Shown piece by piece: positions 58,945 through 64,000 of a DNA stretch of 64,000 nt. The notes under the pieces are model-generated. The model worked only from the letters and a program-made list of their open reading frames with translations, did not search any database and had not been told where the DNA came from. This DNA comes from an uncultured Candidatus Saccharibacteria bacterium (GTDB lineage Bacteria; Patescibacteriota; Dojkabacteria; SC72), in NCBI GenBank assembly GCA_964514595.1, contig CAZEQZ010000002.1, positions 250,898 to 314,897 of the forward strand. Direction: 5' to 3'. Both the position numbers and the translations under genes were made by a program. How positions within the stretch are numbered: the stretch's first letter is position 1; every line of letters starts with the position of its first letter.

Positions 58945-58964
58945 ACATGTCCCTACTGGGACAT
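58945..58964 (-). terminator. perfect inverted repeat ATGTCCC-AGTA-GGGACAT overlapping the valS stop codon, between valS and metG
   Basis: 7-bp perfect stem seen in sequence; followed by T-rich stretch on minus strand. Confidence 0.4.
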
Positions 58965-61235
58965 CATCTGTTGACCCATTAATAAACCCTCAGCTAGTCC
59001 CAATTTAACTAACTCTTGCCATACCGCCTCTGTGACAAAGGGTACAAATGGATGCATAACCTTTAAATTCTCTTTCAATATATACAGTAATTCCGATAGT
59101 AGTTCTGTCCTCCTCTCACTACCCACTTCCTCATCCCTAATTTCATTTTTTATTTCTTCTATCCATACATCACACAACTGATGCCAGAAGAATTCTCTAA
59201 TACCCTCCGCGCCTAAATTGAATTGGTATCTTTCAATATACCCCCCAATTTTCTTGACATGTGCATTAGTTTTGCCTGTTCTATCTGTCTTCTTAACCTC
59301 GTACTTAGTGATATCCTTTATTTCCTTCTCATCAATATTCATAAGTATAAATCTACTAGCATTCCATATTTTATTAACAAAATTTCTATTCCCCTTGATC
59401 TTTTCCTCCCTTAGTGGAGCATTAGAACCTGGGAGGGCATCAGAGTAGTACCATAATCTAAGAGCATCGGCACCATATTTTTCAAAAACCTCCTGTGGTT
59501 CTACACCATTACCCTTACTCTTGGACATCTTAGAACCATCTACCGCTAAGATCATACCTGTCAAAAATACCGTATGGTATGGAACCTGCCCAGTTCTGTA
59601 TATGCCCATCATAATCATTCTCGCAGACCACCAAAATAGAATATCTCTCGCATGTGTCATTACCTGAGTAGGGTAGTATTTTTTGAAGTCTTCACCTTCT
59701 ATTCCTCCCAGCGTAGAAAACGGCCACTGTCCAGAACTAAACCATGTGTCAAAAACATCCTCATCCTGTTCCCACACCTCACCGTTCTTCGATTCTGGTT
59801 GCTCCTCACCCAAATATATCTGCCCAGTACCATTAGGTTTCTCTCCTGTTTCCTTAACATATTCATCTATTCCTTTTTCTTCATTCTCTTGGAGCCAATC
59901 ATACAGTTTTCTTCCGCCACTATACCAAACAGGTATCCTCTGGCCCCACCATAATTGCCTAGATACACACCACGGTTGAATATTCTCGTAGAAATGCTCT
60001 AACGCTTTCTGTTGCCCTAAAGGTATTACCTTAACATTGCCCTTTTTTATCTCCTCTAAAGCTTTTTCCGCCAAGGGCTTCACATTAACATACCACTGAT
60101 TAGAAACTATTGGCTCTATTGGAGTCTTGCACCTCTCACACAGCATAATCTCATGCTCTATGTTTTCAATTTTCAACAGTAATCCTTCCTTTTCTAACTC
60201 CTCACACAATGCCTTAGAACACTCTACCGTTCCCATGCCAATAAACCTTTCAGGGATATCCCCCTCCATCTTGGCTTCCTCATTTATTACATTCCTAACT
60301 TCCAAACCGTGCCTCTTGCCTAATTCAAAATCTATAGGGGAGTGAGCAGGCGTAACTTTTAAAGCACCCGTCCCCAATTCAATATCTATTTCATCATCTG
60401 CAACAACGGGTATTTCCCTATTCGCTATCGGAAGGGTAACTCTTTTCCCAACAAATTCCTTGTATCTTTCATCCTTTGGATTTACCGCTACTGCAGTATC
60501 TCCTAACATAGTTTCTGGCCTTGTAGTAGCAACTGTAATTCCTTCCTGCCCCAGCACCTCTTTCGCCCTCTTTCTATCACCTTCCTCTACGAACGGATAC
60601 ACTATATATGCGAATATGCCCCTTCTCAGCTCATGTTCTGTATCCACATCGGCCAATGCAGTCATACAGTTAGGACACTGATTTATAATCCTCTTATCCC
60701 TATATACCAACCCATCCTCAAACATCTTATAGAATGTCTCATACACCACCTTTGTTAACCTAGGATCCAACGTGAAGAACTCCCTACTATAGTCTGCTGA
60801 AAGCCCAATTCTTTTTTCTTGTTGAGTAGCATTCTTTGCATTCTCAATACAAAACTTGTAGCTTTCTTCATAGAACTTCTCTCTCCCCATCTCAGTTTTA
60901 CTCTTTCCTTCCTTTTCGAGTTTTTTTGTAAATACACTCTCCGTCTGAATTCCTGCATGATCTTTCCCAGGAAGAAGTAGGGTGGGATGGCCGGTCATCC
61001 TCATATATCGACCCATTACATCATGAAAGGAGTAGCCACACACATGCCCTAAATGCAGGTTTCCATTAGCATTGGGAGGGGGGAGGGTTATTGTGAAAGG
61101 TTTCTGAATTTCGTAATTACCTTCTTGAAGATATTTGTACATATTATCTGGGTTTGTTAGCCCAGAGCTTTCCCAAAGGTTGTATATTTCCTCCTCGTTT
61201 GCTTCAAATGTTTTAGAAATACTGTTTTGTGTCAT
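58953..61235 (-). CDS. valS: valine--tRNA ligase (compact form)
   Basis: 760 aa; PPPNANGNLHLGH and GKDHAGIQTE (ValRS-specific; cf. PPPNVTGSLHMGH / GTDHAGIATQ); KMSKS present. Confidence 0.85.
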   Translation of the reverse strand: MTQNSISKTFEANEEEIYNLWESSGLTNPDNMYKYLQEGNYEIQKPFTITLPPPNANGNLHLGHVCGYSFHDVMGRYMRMTGHPTLLLPGKDHAGIQTESVFTKKLEKEGKSKTEMGREKFYEESYKFCIENAKNATQQEKRIGLSADYSREFFTLDPRLTKVVYETFYKMFEDGLVYRDKRIINQCPNCMTALADVDTEHELRRGIFAYIVYPFVEEGDRKRAKEVLGQEGITVATTRPETMLGDTAVAVNPKDERYKEFVGKRVTLPIANREIPVVADDEIDIELGTGALKVTPAHSPIDFELGKRHGLEVRNVINEEAKMEGDIPERFIGMGTVECSKALCEELEKEGLLLKIENIEHEIMLCERCKTPIEPIVSNQWYVNVKPLAEKALEEIKKGNVKVIPLGQQKALEHFYENIQPWCVSRQLWWGQRIPVWYSGGRKLYDWLQENEEKGIDEYVKETGEKPNGTGQIYLGEEQPESKNGEVWEQDEDVFDTWFSSGQWPFSTLGGIEGEDFKKYYPTQVMTHARDILFWWSARMIMMGIYRTGQVPYHTVFLTGMILAVDGSKMSKSKGNGVEPQEVFEKYGADALRLWYYSDALPGSNAPLREEKIKGNRNFVNKIWNASRFILMNIDEKEIKDITKYEVKKTDRTGKTNAHVKKIGGYIERYQFNLGAEGIREFFWHQLCDVWIEEIKNEIRDEEVGSERRTELLSELLYILKENLKVMHPFVPFVTEAVWQELVKLGLAEGLLMGQQMMSQ

Positions 61236-61247
61236 ACCAATAACGCC

Positions 61248-61258
61248 ATTATATCACA
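61248..61258 (-). promoter_or_regulatory. extended -10 promoter element TGTGATATAAT, 12 nt upstream of valS ATG (very short leader)
   Basis: Identical 11-mer to the lepA promoter element. Confidence 0.4.
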
Positions 61259-61259
61259 T

Positions 61260-61344
61260 CCACACAAGGGTCTGACCCTCCTCTGTCCCCCTTTTCCCAA
61301 AGCTTTGGTAGCACAAGCGGTTGTGTGGATGGGGGTCTGTCCCC
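61260..61344. repeat. GC-rich structured element upstream of valS promoter: 8-bp inverted repeats CCACACAA/TTGTGTGG enclose GGGTCTGACCC, CTGTCCCC and palindrome CCAAAGCTTTGG; followed by GGTCTGTCCCC
   Basis: Exact 11-mer GGGTCTGACCC and CTGTCCCC/GGACAGACC motifs shared with 23221-23381; GC content far above background. Confidence 0.35.
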
Positions 61345-61482
61345 GGCCTGGCCCCTGGATATATCCCATCGGCTATGGTAGAATTGCTATATCTTTGAAA
61401 TTTCCCTTCCCAAAAACACGATCCTTTGAAACCTGTATAATGGTTTGTGAGAAGGATATATATAATATTGATAATATAAATA

Positions 61483-63165
61483 ATGAAAGATAACAGAAAA
61501 GAAATGCTGCAACTATGCACACTATCTGGAACAACAGAAATAGGTAGAAACTCAAACTTTGTTCAATATGATGACGAAATAGTAATGATAGATGCTGGAT
61601 ACTCGTTTCCTGGGCACGAGATGTATGGTATTGATTATTTAATACCAAATGTTAAATATCTCAAACAAAACAAACAGAAGGTTAAAGCCATTTTAATAAC
61701 ACATGGTCATTTAGACCATACTGGTGCACTCAAATGGATACTACCTGAGTTAGACTATCCACCAATATATGCAGGAGGTTTTGCGAAGGCCCTAATTGAG
61801 GCAAAAATGAAAGAGTACAAAATGGAAAAGAAAGTAAAAATATATGAGGTAGATAGGAAATCACAAATAAATATAGGAAAGAACTTCAAAGCCACATTTA
61901 TAGGCATTAACCACAGCATTCCCGATGCTTTTTCCATATTTTTGGAAACCCCTAAGGGTAATATTTTTTTCTCTGGCGATTTCAAAATAGACAAAGAACC
62001 TGCTAATGAACCTCAAAGTGATTACGAAAAATTAAGAAACCTAAGGGGAAAGATCGATTTGGCACTAATGGAGAGTACTAATGCCTCCACCCCCGGAAAA
62101 GCTCCTTCAGAAACGGAGATTTCAAAAAACTTAGAAGAAATAATATCGAAACACAACGGAAGGGTTATTGTCTCAGCTTTTTCTTCGTTAATCACAAGAC
62201 TCTATTCTTTAGTTGAAATAGCAAAAAGAACAAACAGAAAAATCGTAATATCTGGGAGAAGCTTAGAACAAGCAATATCAATAGCAAGAGAAAAAAGATA
62301 TATTAGCGTGGACGAAAAATTACTAATCAAGGAGAGAGAAATTAACAAATATCCTGACAACGAATTGTTGATACTTTGCACAGGCAGTCAGGGAGAAAGG
62401 TTTGCAGCATTAAATAGAATATCTCTTAATGAGCATAAATATATAAAACTCAGGAGGGGAGATCTAATAATACTTTCTTCCTCTGAAATACCAGAAAATA
62501 TAACTGCAATAGAGAGAATGACGGATAGAATATTAGAGTTTGGAGTTGAATTAATTAAAGATGGCGTTGACACAAAGATCCACTCCACAGGACATGGAAA
62601 TCAAGAAGATATTAAAATGATGCTAGAGATGGTCCAGCCTAAACACATTATGCCGGTACACGGGTCATTAACTTTCAGATACTTCCATAAGAAAAATTTG
62701 ATAAAGTGGGGATTTGATAGAAACAAAATATTTCTCACAGAAGATGGTCAGATATGGAATTACGACGGGAATTACTGGAACAAAGGGAAGAGGGTTGAAT
62801 CTAAACCTATTCTAATAGACGGCCTTGGGGTAGGAGATATAGGGGACGTTGTACTCAAAGATAGGAAACAACTTTCAGAATACGGTATGTTCGCAGTTGT
62901 GTTAAATCTAAGTTCTAAGAACAAGAAAATCATAGGTCGTCCGAGGTTTCTCTCTAGGGGATTTGTATACCTAAAGAGCTCGCATGCCCTACTTAAAGAA
63001 ATTGAAAACACCATTTTTGATATTCACAGAGAATGGGGGAAATACTCTTCACAAAAAGGAAAGTACGAAGAGAAAATGTTAATACAGAAGATAGAGAAAC
63101 AGTTATCCAAGCTCATATTTAAGAAGACAGAAAGAGAACCAATTATCCTTGTATCTGTAATCTAG
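61483..63165 (+). CDS. rnj: ribonuclease J
   Basis: 560 aa; metallo-beta-lactamase motif HGHLDHTG; beta-CASP domain length and order. Confidence 0.85.
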   Translation: MKDNRKEMLQLCTLSGTTEIGRNSNFVQYDDEIVMIDAGYSFPGHEMYGIDYLIPNVKYLKQNKQKVKAILITHGHLDHTGALKWILPELDYPPIYAGGFAKALIEAKMKEYKMEKKVKIYEVDRKSQINIGKNFKATFIGINHSIPDAFSIFLETPKGNIFFSGDFKIDKEPANEPQSDYEKLRNLRGKIDLALMESTNASTPGKAPSETEISKNLEEIISKHNGRVIVSAFSSLITRLYSLVEIAKRTNRKIVISGRSLEQAISIAREKRYISVDEKLLIKEREINKYPDNELLILCTGSQGERFAALNRISLNEHKYIKLRRGDLIILSSSEIPENITAIERMTDRILEFGVELIKDGVDTKIHSTGHGNQEDIKMMLEMVQPKHIMPVHGSLTFRYFHKKNLIKWGFDRNKIFLTEDGQIWNYDGNYWNKGKRVESKPILIDGLGVGDIGDVVLKDRKQLSEYGMFAVVLNLSSKNKKIIGRPRFLSRGFVYLKSSHALLKEIENTIFDIHREWGKYSSQKGKYEEKMLIQKIEKQLSKLIFKKTEREPIILVSVI

Positions 63166-63205
63166 AAGAACTTTTTTAAAAATATAAATATGATATACTT
63201 TTTGT

Positions 63206-64000
63206 ATGCTAAATCTGCCTTTTTTAAAAACATCTAGCAAAGGTTCCATACAACATGGTCAAAATGTGGTTGCCTTGGATATTGGTACGGAACAGCTCAA
63301 AGGAATGCTCTTCACAACAGGGGAACTCGGTGTAGATATTAAGAAAATTACAAGAGTCAATCAACAACAGCATGCAATGAGGAGTGGAATTATTAAAAAT
63401 CTAGATACCGTGCTTGAGAATTGTAGATTGGCAATTTCTGAACTAAACGACAGATTGGCACAAGAAGAGTATCCAAGGAATGTAGTGATGGGTATTGCAG
63501 GAGAGTACATACAAGGAGTATCGATTGTTGTTAACTACCAAAGAGAGGAGAACTTTGAAAAAGAGGTTACCGAAAAGGAAGAAAACAAGATACTTGCTCA
63601 AATCAGAGGGAAAATAGAAGCAAGTGGAAAAGAGGACTTAAGTCAGAGAATTGGGCTAACAAATGAGGATATTGAAATCCTGCATATAACTCAGACAGGG
63701 TTGGAGATAGGAGGAATGCCCGTAGATTCATTAATAGGATACAAAGGGAGAGATGTGAGGCTTCACTTCTATGCCTCTTTTGCTCCTAAAACATACACAG
63801 AAGCACTAAAGAGAGTTGCAAGTGAGCTTAAAATGGAAGTACTGGGGATAGTATCCCAACCATTCGCAGTAGCGAGAGCATACGCAGGATCGAGTAATAG
63901 AGATTTTTCTGCAATATTTCTAGATATTGGAGGAGGTACAACTGACATAGCAATTGTAGAAAAGGGAAATGTTGTAGAGACAAAGATGTTTGCATTTGGA
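63206..64000 (+). CDS. FtsA/PilM-family actin-like ATPase (5' partial, runs off window)
   Basis: NVVALDIGTEQLKG (phosphate-1), IFLDIGGGTTDIAI (phosphate-2). Confidence 0.6.
   Translation, partial: MLNLPFLKTSSKGSIQHGQNVVALDIGTEQLKGMLFTTGELGVDIKKITRVNQQQHAMRSGIIKNLDTVLENCRLAISELNDRLAQEEYPRNVVMGIAGEYIQGVSIVVNYQREENFEKEVTEKEENKILAQIRGKIEASGKEDLSQRIGLTNEDIEILHITQTGLEIGGMPVDSLIGYKGRDVRLHFYASFAPKTYTEALKRVASELKMEVLGIVSQPFAVARAYAGSSNRDFSAIFLDIGGGTTDIAIVEKGNVVETKMFAFG

Noticed and set aside
61236-61482. T-box riboswitch upstream of valS
   Set aside because: The extended -10 lies only 12 nt from the ATG, leaving no room for a leader. No T-box consensus (AATTAGGGTGGNACCGCG) or specifier-loop architecture is present.
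61227-61520. 88-aa ORFs on both strands over the valS/rnj intergenic region
   Set aside because: They span the GC-rich repeat element and promoter sequences. Their Pro/Gly-rich composition reflects GC-rich non-coding DNA, not genes.
1-64000. CRISPR arrays, rRNA and tRNA genes
   Set aside because: No regularly spaced direct repeats were seen. GC-rich intergenic blocks (23221-23381, 61260-61344) were inspected on both strands for tRNA T-loop/acceptor architecture and for RNase P, SRP or T-box signatures, and none fitted.
1-64000. Alternative genetic code (UGA recoding as in some candidate phyla)
   Set aside because: Long conserved genes (rpoB, rpoC, valS, dnaK) are intact single ORFs in the provided track, which treats TGA as a stop. 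This makes UGA recoding unlikely.

Overview
Low-GC (~35%), tightly packed bacterial chromosome segment. Its compact informational and envelope gene content resembles a Patescibacteria/CPR-like genome, though that placement is an inference. The standard genetic code is used: long ORFs are intact across TGA. Most of the window is housekeeping genes. These include rpsT, lepA-recF, a dcd-thyX-glyA-folD thymidylate module, an ABC exporter, groES-groEL, murJ, comFC and the hrcA-grpE-dnaK operon. Further along are rplY, rpsG-rpsL-rpoC-rpoB on the minus strand and an ftsK / rodZ-like / dnaG / methyltransferase / ksgA / envelope-protein array. The window ends with rpoD, pilN/pilO-like genes, metG, valS, rnj and the start of an ftsA/pilM-like gene. 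No rRNA, tRNA, CRISPR array, transposase or integrase was found. The most unusual region is an ~8 kb accessory block between recF and dcd (about 5.4-13.7 kb). It carries a minimal type IV secretion-like module: a VirB3/PrgI-like membrane protein fused to a carboxypeptidase-regulatory-like domain, and a VirB4 ATPase split into two translationally coupled ORFs. Around it sit a Pol-beta-type nucleotidyltransferase-fold protein, secreted and surface-anchored proteins, and a Lon-homologous AAA+ ATPase lacking both its N-domain and its protease domain. Other notable signals follow. Degenerate CIRCE-like inverted repeats overlap the initiation regions of groES and hrcA. A GC-rich motif (GGGTCTGACCC with CTGTCCCC) is repeated in two otherwise AT-rich intergenic regions. 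The same extended -10 (TGTGATATAAT) sits a few nucleotides upstream of the lepA and valS start codons. An HExxH metallopeptidase is paired with an XRE/S24-like repressor, and an MraY/WecA-like transferase has a degenerate DGxDG motif.
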